This document shows positions 49,719 through 59,090 of a DNA stretch of 64,000 nucleotides, one piece after another. Position 1 is the stretch's first letter. Every line of letters starts with the position of its first letter. The stretch lies in the NCBI GenBank assembly GCA_965649265.1, contig CBFGKC010000004.1, forward strand, positions 150,738 through 214,737, written 5' to 3'. Origin of the DNA: a candidate division WOR-3 bacterium. Its GTDB lineage: Bacteria > Hydrothermota > Tepidihabitantia > B3-TA06. Both the position numbers and the translations under genes were made by a program. The notes under the pieces were generated by a model, which was given only the letters and a program-made list of their open reading frames with translations, did not search any database and had not been told where the DNA came from.

Positions 49719-50495
49719 ATGCAAAGACTCGCTGAAGGCAAAACCAAGGTAATCTACGACCTCGGGGACGGCAGCGTCCACATGGTCGCGAAGGACGATA
49801 TCACGGCTGGTGACGGCGACCAGCACGACGTCCTTACGGGCAAGGCCGAGCTGGCCACGCGCACGACCGCCAACGTGTTCGAGCTCCTCAACCGCAAGGG
49901 CGTGGCCACGCACTACATCAAGAAAGTGGACTCGCTCACCCTGCTCTGCAAACGCTGCAAGATGATACCGCTCGAGGTAGTCACGCGCGGGACCGCGACA
50001 GGCTCCTATCTCAAGCGCAACACCCAGGCAAAGGAAGGCCAGGATTTTGCCCCGCCGCTCCCGGTCGAGTTCTTCATAAAGGACGACTCGCGCCACGATC
50101 CAATAGTCACCTTCGGAGAGACCCTCTGGTATCTGCACCCGCCCAAGGAACCCGTATCCGACTCAAACGTTATCGAGGAGATGTCACCAATTCTTACCGC
50201 TGACCAGATCGAGCACATGACCGAGACCACTCGCAAGGTCTTCGGCATCCTGTTTGCGGCATGGAAGGCCTTCGACGTAAAGCTCATAGACATCAAGCTA
50301 GAGTACGGCATCACCGATTCGGGCGAACTCGTGGTCGCCGACGTCATAGACAACGACTCGTGGCGCATCTGGCCCTCGGGCGACAAATCGAAGCAGCTCG
50401 ACAAGCAGGTTTACCGCGACACGCGCGATCTCTCCAGCACTGTTTCGAAATACTCCCTCGTGGCAGATTTGACGGACCAGTTCAACAAATCCTGA
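49719..50495 (+). CDS. purC: SAICAR synthetase (PAICS/Ade5-like type)
   Basis: EGKTK, ITAGDG, MIPLEVVTR..ATGS, LIDIKLEYG, DVIDNDSWRIWP. Confidence 0.92.
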   Translation: MQRLAEGKTKVIYDLGDGSVHMVAKDDITAGDGDQHDVLTGKAELATRTTANVFELLNRKGVATHYIKKVDSLTLLCKRCKMIPLEVVTRGTATGSYLKRNTQAKEGQDFAPPLPVEFFIKDDSRHDPIVTFGETLWYLHPPKEPVSDSNVIEEMSPILTADQIEHMTETTRKVFGILFAAWKAFDVKLIDIKLEYGITDSGELVVADVIDNDSWRIWPSGDKSKQLDKQVYRDTRDLSSTVSKYSLVADLTDQFNKS

Positions 50496-50502
50496 TTTTA
50501 AA

Positions 50503-51054
50503 ATGCGATCCCTTTCAGCGCTTCTTGCCATTCTTGTAGCTTGCGTTACCGGCGTGAGTGCAGCCCAGCAGCCGGTCGTGGAGATATTGCGGGACGGTAA
50601 GAAGTTCACGGTCAAGGCATGGGTGGATATAGAGCGCTCGGTCGAGCATACCTGGCCGTATATATGGGAGTTCAAATACGTTCATCGCTACGTTGATAAC
50701 GTCAAGGAGGTTGACTCGCTGAGAGGGGGAGAGGGGTGGTATGAGTTGACCTACAAGGGCGACTTCCCGTTCCTGCATTTAGAAAATACCTATCACAAGT
50801 GGGTCATCGAGAAGGGCAAAAAAATAGGCAACAAATCCGTCAACTGCGCCGTCAACTCGCCCTTCCCGCTCGGCCTTAAATACGCCGAGGGTTTCTGGCT
50901 GCTCGAGAGACTGAGCGCCGGCCGCTGCCGTCTCTATTTCGAGCAGGAACTCGAGGTGGAGGCCGCGGGCCTTGAGGTTCTTTATACCGGGATCGCCCGC
51001 AACGACGGCCGCAGGATACTTTCCAATTTCAAACGCCTGGCTGAGGGCGGTTGA
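50503..51054 (+). CDS. Secreted SRPBCC/START-like protein
   Basis: Signal peptide, W.Y..YV, EGFWLLE, C-terminal helix. Confidence 0.55.
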   Translation: MRSLSALLAILVACVTGVSAAQQPVVEILRDGKKFTVKAWVDIERSVEHTWPYIWEFKYVHRYVDNVKEVDSLRGGEGWYELTYKGDFPFLHLENTYHKWVIEKGKKIGNKSVNCAVNSPFPLGLKYAEGFWLLERLSAGRCRLYFEQELEVEAAGLEVLYTGIARNDGRRILSNFKRLAEGG

Positions 51055-51139
51055 CACCTATTCCGGCTCCACTCCAAAAAATCGCAAATACTTGACAATA
51101 GGTAATACCATCCTATACTCCATTAAAAAGGGAGTTGAG

Positions 51140-52141
51140 ATGAAAAAAAATAAAGAAAGGGCGGTACTCGTGACAGGAGGTGCCGGTTTTATAGGAAGCC
51201 ATCTTTGCGAGGCGTTACTGGCGCGAGGGGAGAAGGTGATTTGCCTGGATAATTTTTCCACAGGAAGGCGCGAGAACCTTGTAACTTTCCTTGACAATCC
51301 TCTTTTCGAGTTCGTCGAGGCGGATATCCGGACTGCCGATCTCGACGAGTTTGATGTTTGCGAGTGCTATCATCTTGCCGCCTTATGCGGGGTGCCGAGG
51401 GTCGAGAACGAACCCCTGACCGTCATGCTCACTTGTCTGGAGGGTATGCAAAACGTTTTCAAGTGGGCCGCCTCCGGAGATGTAAAGGTTGTTTACGTAT
51501 CCAGTTCGGAAATCTACGGCAACCCGCTCACGCACCCTCAATCGGAAACGTACTGGGGTTTCACCAACCCCGTAGGTCCCCGTTCGGCATACGTAGAGGG
51601 GAAAAGGGCGGGCGAGGCTCTTGCAAGGGCCTACACGATCGAGAGCGGCTTAAATGTCAAGACAGCCCGTCTTTTCAACGTTTACGGTCCGCGTTTCAGC
51701 GCGGACGACCCCAGGGTCATCCCGCAGTTCACGAGGGCGGCTCTTGCGGGTGAGCGTTTGAAAATCTATGGAACGGGCGAGTGCACGCGGAGTTTTTGCT
51801 TTGTTGACGATATAGTCCGCGGACTCATAAGTCTGATGGAGACTGACGGAATCCATGAACCGGTGAATCTCGGATTCCCAGGTGAGATCGATATACGCAC
51901 CCTGGCGGAACTGGTAATCAAGCTCTCCGGAAGTTCGAGCGGGGTGGTTCATTTGTCGCCAATCAGCGAAGATCCCGCAAGAAGGCTGCCCGATATAAGC
52001 ACGGCAAACACTCTACTTTGCTGGTCTCCTGAAATACACATCGAAGAGGGTATTAAGAGAACTATTCAATGGTACAGGGATTCGACCGGGGCATCTTCAA
52101 TCTTGAGACCGATCCAGGTTTTTCACACTAAAGGTGTCTGA
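51140..52141 (+). CDS. NAD-dependent epimerase/dehydratase, UDP-glucuronate decarboxylase-like
   Basis: TGGAGFIGSH, SSSEIYG, ETYWG..NPVGPRSAYVEGK, TRSFCFV. Confidence 0.88.
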   Translation: MKKNKERAVLVTGGAGFIGSHLCEALLARGEKVICLDNFSTGRRENLVTFLDNPLFEFVEADIRTADLDEFDVCECYHLAALCGVPRVENEPLTVMLTCLEGMQNVFKWAASGDVKVVYVSSSEIYGNPLTHPQSETYWGFTNPVGPRSAYVEGKRAGEALARAYTIESGLNVKTARLFNVYGPRFSADDPRVIPQFTRAALAGERLKIYGTGECTRSFCFVDDIVRGLISLMETDGIHEPVNLGFPGEIDIRTLAELVIKLSGSSSGVVHLSPISEDPARRLPDISTANTLLCWSPEIHIEEGIKRTIQWYRDSTGASSILRPIQVFHTKGV

Positions 52142-52163
52142 ATAGAACCTCATCAATAACCAT

Positions 52164-53012
52164 CTAACACGATTCCTTGCCGGTCTTTGATGGGAGCGTG
52201 TTCATCACATCGATAAAAGGGGCGAACTCGAACTCCTGCAGTAGTTTTTCAAGACGCGGCATGGTGGTCTTTAAGGCGCCGTAATGCCTGAATCTCAAGA
52301 ACGGTGAACAGCGTATCCGGGGTTGACTGTTGTCGAATTCCCACGGATGCAGGTACAGAACCGCCGTCTGTCCCTTTTTGTTAAGCCTCCGTATGGAATT
52401 CCTGATGAACTCGAAGGGCATAAGCCTGAAGTATACTCCGCCCAGACCGATCGAGACCCCTGCAATTTTTCCTGTCGCGGGCGGAAACTCCCAAAGCTCG
52501 CTTTCAAGGGGTCTGTACGGCTGCCTGGGCGAATCCGGGATTCCGTATCTGTGGTTTATCACGGGGAAGATGCTCGAATCGTAACGCAGCCCGAGCCGTT
52601 CGATGATATCGAGCGCCCATAAGGACCTCTCGTTTATCGAAAAATATGGAGCCCGGTAACCTCTGATATTGCAATGCGTTTCCTTCTCCAGATAACGGAT
52701 CGATTCTTCCAGATCGTCCCTGAACTCCTGGCTGGTCTGCCTGTAAATGAAACGATGCCTCATTCCGTGAGAGGCGATCTCGTGTCCCTCGTCGAGTATT
52801 TTCTTAAGTATCCACGTGTGGGACCTGACGCTTTCGACGAGTATGAAGAATGTCGCTTTGGTCATGTGCCTGTCCAGAGTGGCGAGCAATAAATCGATCT
52901 CGGCGGCAATCCTTGAAGAGTATTGCTTCCATTTCTCCTGATCCGGTTCCAGGGGTACGAACCACTCCTCGACGTCGAAGCTCAAGATATTTTTTATCTC
53001 GGCGGCTCCCAT
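52164..53012 (-). CDS. Polysaccharide deacetylase with DUF3473
   Basis: SFDVEEWF, HEIASHG, GYRAPYFS, YDSS, YLHPWE; start reassigned to 53012. Confidence 0.88.
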   Translation of the reverse strand: MGAAEIKNILSFDVEEWFVPLEPDQEKWKQYSSRIAAEIDLLLATLDRHMTKATFFILVESVRSHTWILKKILDEGHEIASHGMRHRFIYRQTSQEFRDDLEESIRYLEKETHCNIRGYRAPYFSINERSLWALDIIERLGLRYDSSIFPVINHRYGIPDSPRQPYRPLESELWEFPPATGKIAGVSIGLGGVYFRLMPFEFIRNSIRRLNKKGQTAVLYLHPWEFDNSQPRIRCSPFLRFRHYGALKTTMPRLEKLLQEFEFAPFIDVMNTLPSKTGKESC

Positions 53013-54139
53013 GTCACGATCCTTTTTCCGAATACGTACTGCAGAATCCCCCAGAATAGACCCAGCAGAGAGAGCATAAAAAATCCAAGCGTAGAGATAA
53101 CCCCCGGGGGCTTTCTGATGGCCACGGTCAATAGCATCGTTAGTAACCCGATTCCGAAAAGTGCCATGAACCCGATAGCGCACGGATTGTCGATCATGAA
53201 CAAAGAAGAAACAAGAGCCGTAAGCAGGAGGAGGGGGGAGAGCCATCTCAGTATCTTGCGGAATAAAAGATTTAAAAAGAACCACGGGTGTCTCGGTATA
53301 GTAAGAATCCCCGGCAATTCCCTTAAGAAGTTGACGCCCATCAGGAAATTGCGTGATCTTATCTCGGCTTCTTTCCAGGCTGATTTAGCGGCGTACTCGT
53401 ATACTATCGAGCGTGGATCATGGACGGTTCTCGATCCTTTCCCGCACAGATACGCGGGCACGAAATGGTCGTGGGTGACGTCAAGGGGAACCTGGGGGAG
53501 CAACTCCCCTCGAACGACGTTGAAACTTCCTGCCAGAAACGAGATCGTGTAGATGGAGCTTTCCTGAGTCCTCATCCACTGCTCATAATCCCAGTAACGG
53601 GCAACGCCTCTTTCTGCAGGGTTTATTCCTTCGGTAAGGCCGATGAATCTGGCTGTTGCCGCACCGACAGCGGGATCGGCAAAATTCATCACGAGTTTCC
53701 TCAGTGCTTGTCTATTCAGGATCACGTTAGCGTCCGATATCGCGTAAAGCTCGCATCCGCATCTGTTGACGCTCGAATTGATAGCTGCGGTTCGGCCCAT
53801 CCGGTGAGGTTGTCTCAACAAGTGAACCCTGTCGTCAATCACAGAGAATTTCTCGACGATCTCGTCCGTTCTGTCGGACGATGCATCCGAAACCACGATC
53901 ACCTCGAGCTTATCCCCGGGGTAATCGAGATTGAGTGTGTTGCGAATCTTGCGCTCGATGACCCTTTCCTCGTTATAGGCCGGGATGATGAAACAAACGT
54001 GAGGTGTGATCGGCTGCCGCTTTACAGGTTTTGCGAGGAATAAATTCAGGAATGCGAGCAGTAATCCGTGCCCGACGATAACGTAAAGATATAGCCCGAG
54101 TGAACACCAGAATACTATCTCCGCCGCGTTATTCATCAT
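52994..54139 (-). CDS. GT2 family glycosyltransferase
   Basis: IPAYNEE, VSDASSD, SDAN, TM helices. Confidence 0.9.
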   Translation of the reverse strand: MMNNAAEIVFWCSLGLYLYVIVGHGLLLAFLNLFLAKPVKRQPITPHVCFIIPAYNEERVIERKIRNTLNLDYPGDKLEVIVVSDASSDRTDEIVEKFSVIDDRVHLLRQPHRMGRTAAINSSVNRCGCELYAISDANVILNRQALRKLVMNFADPAVGAATARFIGLTEGINPAERGVARYWDYEQWMRTQESSIYTISFLAGSFNVVRGELLPQVPLDVTHDHFVPAYLCGKGSRTVHDPRSIVYEYAAKSAWKEAEIRSRNFLMGVNFLRELPGILTIPRHPWFFLNLLFRKILRWLSPLLLLTALVSSLFMIDNPCAIGFMALFGIGLLTMLLTVAIRKPPGVISTLGFFMLSLLGLFWGILQYVFGKRIVTWEPPR

Positions 54140-55404
54140 TTCTCCCTTATTCGCTCCGCCGCATCCAATCCCTGTGCGACTGCAGACTCCATGTTGCCGT
54201 ACTCCCACACCCCGTATCTTCCCGCGAGAACTATGGCTTTCTCCTCGAGAACCCGCGCGAGCGACTTTCGGGCTTCCTCGCTTTCCCTTGTCGCAAAAAC
54301 GTACGCGTGCTTCAGGAGCCTGACATCGGTTGAAACGATATCCTTTTCGGAAACGATTCCGAGCATGGTCAGATCGCTCTTCGTGCGCTCAACAATGTCT
54401 TGAACGCGCGGTTCCTCGTCCGAGCGAAAGGAAACCTCGGCGACCACTGATCCTTTCCCAACAGGAGTCAAGTCGCGTGAATAGTTTACCGGTATCGATA
54501 TGCGGTGAAAGAATATTTCCGGGTCGGGAAAGTATTTCCAGTGTGAATCGTCTGTAAGCGGTTTCGCGAGGCCGAGGAATACGAAGATCATGCCCACGCT
54601 TTTCAATTTCGTGCACATCTCTCGAGTCTCGCGAGGCAAGTCAATGCACATGCCGGCAAGCTCTGGCAGGGCTAGTGTCGAAATCAGGGCGTCGTAACGC
54701 ACGCGCTCGCCCGATTCCGTCTCGACCAAGCCCTCGCTGGTATTTACGGCAACAACCTTCGTGTTCAATCTCAGATTGTCCGAAAGGTCGTATGCGAGTT
54801 TTTTTGAAAGCATTCCGATACCTCCCTTTGCAGGATAATAAAAACCCTCGTTCGGCCCCCTCCTCATTTCTTTTCCCTCTGCAATCATTGCGAGATCACC
54901 CTTGGGAAACGCTGGCAGGAACCTTTTCTGCCAGCAGGCATCCATCTCGTCGAGCGGGTAACGAAAGAGTTTGGAGTTATACGGCAGAAAGAATGCCTCG
55001 GCCATCGCCTTACCGTAAAGGTTCCGGCAGGTTTCCCCGAATCCCTGAGCCCTTTCTGCCGTGGCCCCGAGCAGGCCTGAAAGGAAACGCTCCCTTAGCC
55101 TGCGCGACTCAAGGAACCCCTCCTGGAGCGGATAGCCCACCTCCTCGCCGTCTACTGCAATCCTTGCTTTTCTTTTCTGCTTCTTCCACTCGCCGCCTAG
55201 CGCTTTCTCCACCCAGTTCCTTATATCCTTCCTCTTGAAATACAAAACGTGCGGACCGAGATCGTAGCCGAAGCCGTCGTGAAAATAAGTCCGCGCCGCG
55301 CCGCCTGCGTCGTCCGCCGCCTCGAGAATCAGCGCCCCCTCCCCCAGTCTTGACCCCGCGGCTAGCCCTGCAAGACCGGCGCCCAGAATCACAGTTTTTT
55401 TCAC
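54136..55404 (-). CDS. FAD-dependent oxidoreductase (UDP-galactopyranose mutase/HemY-like)
   Basis: GAGLAG, DLGPH, FYYP..GG, GRYGVWEY. Confidence 0.8.
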   Translation of the reverse strand: MKKTVILGAGLAGLAAGSRLGEGALILEAADDAGGAARTYFHDGFGYDLGPHVLYFKRKDIRNWVEKALGGEWKKQKRKARIAVDGEEVGYPLQEGFLESRRLRERFLSGLLGATAERAQGFGETCRNLYGKAMAEAFFLPYNSKLFRYPLDEMDACWQKRFLPAFPKGDLAMIAEGKEMRRGPNEGFYYPAKGGIGMLSKKLAYDLSDNLRLNTKVVAVNTSEGLVETESGERVRYDALISTLALPELAGMCIDLPRETREMCTKLKSVGMIFVFLGLAKPLTDDSHWKYFPDPEIFFHRISIPVNYSRDLTPVGKGSVVAEVSFRSDEEPRVQDIVERTKSDLTMLGIVSEKDIVSTDVRLLKHAYVFATRESEEARKSLARVLEEKAIVLAGRYGVWEYGNMESAVAQGLDAAERIREK

Positions 55405-56411
55405 GAGGTAACCTTAATTCGCGAAAGCAATACGAAGCTCGTCAGGTAAAACGCCGCAAGAACACCCAGGTACACATACGTCGCAAAGACAGGAAGCAAA
55501 AGCAGCGCGACCGAGGCCGCCAGAAAGAGATGGACAATAGTCGAGACGGCGACTATCATGGGGACCCTCCAGCCTGCCCTCACGAGCCTGAGTGCGAAGT
55601 GATCGGGGCTGCCCCTGAAGGGCGAGAGGCCTCTCTTGATCCTGTGAAACGAAACGAGTGCGATCTCGAAGAGCACGCCGCTCAAAAGCGAGAAAAACAC
55701 GGTGAGTCTCGTTACGTCCACCGGTTTCGAAAGCAGCCATATGACGCCGAGTACGCCGAGCGCGAAGCCCAGGGGAAGGCTTCCGCCGTCGCCGAGGTAA
55801 ATGCTGGCCGGGTGTTTGTTGAACATGAGGAACCCCAACAGGGTTCCTGCGAGAATGAGTGCGGCGGCGCTCAGACCGCTTTCCGGTGAAGATATCACAA
55901 AAGCGGCGAACAGCCCCAGCGAAACAATCGCGCCCGCGCTCGCGGCAAGGCCGTCCGAAACGTCAAGGACGTTGAAGCCGTTGGTGACGATCACGACCAC
56001 CAGCACGCCGACCGCAGTAGCGAGGGGGTGAATTTTTATACCCAGCACCCAAAGCATCAAGGGCAGCGAGGCTCCCGCGATTGCGAATTCGATGCCGAGC
56101 TTCTGCCACCAGCGAAGCGGCTTAAAATCGTCCAGGGTTCCGAGGATGACGAGCAATGCGACGGACGCCGCAAATACCAGCGAAAACACGCTCGCCCTCG
56201 CGATAATCAAGAAAAGAGCGATGAAGGAGACGAACACGCCCGCACCGCCAAGGTAGGCGACCGGTTTTTTGTGCGTCTGGACTATTGGGTTTGGCCGGCT
56301 CATGAATCCCGTGCGTCTGGCCAGCGTGCGGAAAAGCCACACGAAAATCATGCCCAGGGCAAAGGCTCCGGCAAATTCATAGAGAAAAGTATGAGTCATC
56401 ACTCCCTTCAT
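55401..56411 (-). CDS. MraY/WecA-family polyprenyl-phosphate sugar-1-phosphate transferase
   Basis: HKKPVAYLGG, GTLDD, NGFNVLDVSDGL, FNKHPASIYLGDGGS. Confidence 0.88.
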   Translation of the reverse strand: MKGVMTHTFLYEFAGAFALGMIFVWLFRTLARRTGFMSRPNPIVQTHKKPVAYLGGAGVFVSFIALFLIIARASVFSLVFAASVALLVILGTLDDFKPLRWWQKLGIEFAIAGASLPLMLWVLGIKIHPLATAVGVLVVVIVTNGFNVLDVSDGLAASAGAIVSLGLFAAFVISSPESGLSAAALILAGTLLGFLMFNKHPASIYLGDGGSLPLGFALGVLGVIWLLSKPVDVTRLTVFFSLLSGVLFEIALVSFHRIKRGLSPFRGSPDHFALRLVRAGWRVPMIVAVSTIVHLFLAASVALLLLPVFATYVYLGVLAAFYLTSFVLLSRIKVTS

Positions 56412-56509
56412 GAGAAAATTTTACTCAAAAAGAAGGTAGATGCAAGTCCTGTTTGCTGCTTCTTGACTTATGATAAAAAGCAAGTTAGAATGAATAACGA
56501 CCTGGAGGA

Positions 56510-57751
56510 ATGATGAGACGAGTTTTAGTTTTAGCAGTTTTGCCTATAGTCCTTTTTGCGTTGGAGAAGGTGAACCTTATCAAGGATGGGGGATTCGAGA
56601 AGAATAGTGAAGTATGGTTGGAGTGCGCGGGTGGGGATAAGGGGGGAGACTCTGCCGTTGCAAATAGACACTCTTCGGAGAAATCTTTTTCAGGTGAATA
56701 TTCTGCATTTAGTGATACCCGTGAAATGCCGCCCAATCCTTCTTTACTTTACGAAGATACGGCGTTGGTGATTCAAGGTTTTACTATGCCGAAACCTGTA
56801 AGTGATTTAGATAGCTTAACATTGGAATACTCGGTAATACCTTGCCGAGAAGATACCGCATCTTTGATGAGTGGCTTTGTAGCATTTTACCTGAATGCAG
56901 GGCAAGAACCTTATTGGTTGGCTGGTTATTGTATTCGTCTAAAAGGCCATGGTGCTTTTCTAGATCCACCAAGAAAATTATTGAAAGCAGTAGATTTTCC
57001 CGGAGATGAGCTTTGGTATAAGTTGACATTTGAAGCAGGAAAAGATTTGGACGATTCTGGCTTTTCCGGTTTCAAGGTTGATAGTTTTTTTCTGATGGGT
57101 TGGGGTTGTTATTTTTCTCCCTGGCGGGGTCAGAAGATTTACTGGGACGACATCCGACTCACCGGCTATGCAGACTACGACGTTGGCGTTAAAGGTTTCG
57201 TGTCTAAAGATTCGGTTTGGAAGGATACCGGCTACACCCCAACTGCCCGGATAAAGAACTTTGGCCGCAAGCCTGCTGACAGCTTCCTCGTGATCGCGAC
57301 GATCGAGGGCGGAGCAGGAGTTGTTTATGCGGACACCCTCTCCTGGTCGCTTCCTGCCGACACCGAGGACACGGTTTCATTCAAGGAGTTCAAACCGTCC
57401 GATGCTGCAAACTACACCCTCACCGTATCTACGGTAATGACTCCCGACGAATCCGACGAGGACGACGCGTTGTCGCGGACACTTTTTGGAACCGCTGTCG
57501 CGGAACCCGTATTGTCACCACAAAGCCTGAGTCTTCAGATAGAGGGGGTGTTACGGGTCTCTTACTCCCTCCCCCTGGGCGAGCATGGAACTATTAGTCT
57601 TTACGATCCGGCGGGTCGCAGGGTCGAGAGCCTCCGCGTCCAGGGTGAAGGCAGTGTGAGTTTAAAGTCCGGGCTGGCAACAGGGGTGTATTTTATCAGG
57701 CTGGAGACAAGCCATTCAAGCGCAGTCAGAAAAGCCGTCGTTTTAGACTGA
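56510..57751 (+). CDS. Secreted protein: CBM-like N-domain + CARDB-like domain + T9SS-like tail
   Basis: Signal peptide, NLIKDGGFE...YWDDIRL, IKNFG, LYDPAGR..TGVYFIR..KAVV. Confidence 0.75.
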   Translation: MMRRVLVLAVLPIVLFALEKVNLIKDGGFEKNSEVWLECAGGDKGGDSAVANRHSSEKSFSGEYSAFSDTREMPPNPSLLYEDTALVIQGFTMPKPVSDLDSLTLEYSVIPCREDTASLMSGFVAFYLNAGQEPYWLAGYCIRLKGHGAFLDPPRKLLKAVDFPGDELWYKLTFEAGKDLDDSGFSGFKVDSFFLMGWGCYFSPWRGQKIYWDDIRLTGYADYDVGVKGFVSKDSVWKDTGYTPTARIKNFGRKPADSFLVIATIEGGAGVVYADTLSWSLPADTEDTVSFKEFKPSDAANYTLTVSTVMTPDESDEDDALSRTLFGTAVAEPVLSPQSLSLQIEGVLRVSYSLPLGEHGTISLYDPAGRRVESLRVQGEGSVSLKSGLATGVYFIRLETSHSSAVRKAVVLD

Positions 57752-58606
57752 AGTTTGACTTCCTGAAATATGAAAAAGTCAAACTTCTAGCGCTTCCCTG
57801 AAGCGTAGTGTACTTCGTCAAATTGGAGAGTGGAAACACGGACATCATCAGGAAGATAGTGTTTGTGAGGTAGGGACAGCTTCGATTTCCTTCCCTTTGA
57901 CGGGGGAGGGTGGGAGGGGTCCCCGTAACACACCAACGTCATCTCTAAGCTAGCGCCTGGAAGGTGTATGGGTCGAACGTGAGCGTTCGGCAAACACCCG
58001 CCTGGGGCGTACACCGTCCCCCTTAGTCCCCCTACCCTGTGGGGTGCAGGCACACCAAGGGGCAGGCTGTCCATCAAGGAGGGGGAATAGTTACAGTGTT
58101 CAAAGATTACAAAAAAATACATAGGCACCCGGCTTTTTCTGAAAGTCGTCGGGGTCCTCGCAAAAGGGCGGAGTTATTTTGTGGAGCAAAGGAAAAGGCA
58201 AGCGTGACAAGGAAAGCGGTGATTTTGCGATAGAGGAGCATTCCCTCCGGGTCGGAACGGACCAAAGGGCAATAGATGATGACCTGTGGTCATCCTTCGG
58301 TGCTTCGTGACGCCGGAGGTGGCTTGCTGGACGTAAGCGCTTCCAGCGCTGGTTCGGCCCATGCGACTTCTGGTCGCTAGCTCGCCAATGACATTTGTTC
58401 AGGGTCTCTGAAGAAAACGTTGTATGATTTCTTTGTGGTAAAGAAAAGCCGTCGTTCTCCGGTGAAGTTTATCTTCTTGAATGAGGAGTAAAGATAAACT
58501 TCTGAACGTCTTTCTCTGAAAGTCGTCGGGGTCCCCAGGGAAATGCACTGCATTTTCATGGGGTGAAAAAGGTAACCCCCGCAAAGTTACTGCTAACTTC
58601 ACGGGG
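57751..58606. repeat. Mosaic of REP-like/structured repeats
   Basis: Hairpin 57751-57786, CCCCGTAACAC 57921, structured motif 57938-57991 and its inverted long copy 58231-58393, TCTGAAAGTCGTCGGGGTCC direct repeat at 58138 and 58515. Confidence 0.75.
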
Positions 58607-58613
58607 CAAAAAG

Positions 58614-58668
58614 AGCGGGAGACGGGATTTGAACCCGCGACCCCCACCTTGGCAAGGTGATGCTCTAC
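58614..58668 (-). mobile_element. 3' fragment of tRNA-Gly(GCC): probable att site at the edge of an integrated element
   Basis: Anticodon arm CACCT-TGCCA-AGGTG, T-arm and 3' acceptor strand intact, but the 5' acceptor strand and most of the D-arm are absent. Confidence 0.8.
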
Positions 58669-58812
58669 GTAAACGATCCATTGAGTCAAACTTGCAAACC
58701 GATAAGCCCCGTGTTTCATAAACTTATAGGATAAGTCTATATTTGCTATGTAGGACGTTTGTTATCCTTTTGTGCTATTTCAAACGCGTAACTGCCCCAA
58801 AACCCGTCAACT

Positions 58813-58841
58813 TGGTGCATAAGTGGTGCAATTCTGGTGCA
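58813..58841 (+). promoter_or_regulatory. Three TGGTGCA direct repeats, 11-bp period (putative integrase arm sites)
   Basis: Starts at 58813, 58824, 58835, ~145 bp from the tRNA fragment. Confidence 0.6.
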
Positions 58842-59090
58842 GGGATGGGCTTCCTTATTTTGGAAAACAAGTGTTATCTCTAACAATCCCCAAAAGAGAT
58901 ACCGTTGATAGTATAAGTCTATTTTTATTGTCATGTTAGTCCTTGACAAGAATTTAAAAAAGGTTATACTTCAAGCAGGATTATACGGTGAGAATGTCCT
59001 CGTTAGTGTACATACTGTAGAGTCGCTATATCAGGGATTGATGCTTAAGGGTGTTGAATTAACAAAGGCTTTTGAGCCAAGGAGGAAGTA

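Noticed and set aside
57664-57680. AAAGTCCGGGCT resembling the RNase P RNA 5' motif
   Set aside because: It lies inside a coherent CDS and the other RNase P conserved regions were not found
58614-58694. Intact tRNA-Gly(GCC)
   Set aside because: Upstream sequence (GCAAGTT...) cannot pair with the 3' acceptor strand CTCCCGC
58399-58719. 106-aa ORF
   Set aside because: It is a translation through the tRNA fragment and REP hairpins
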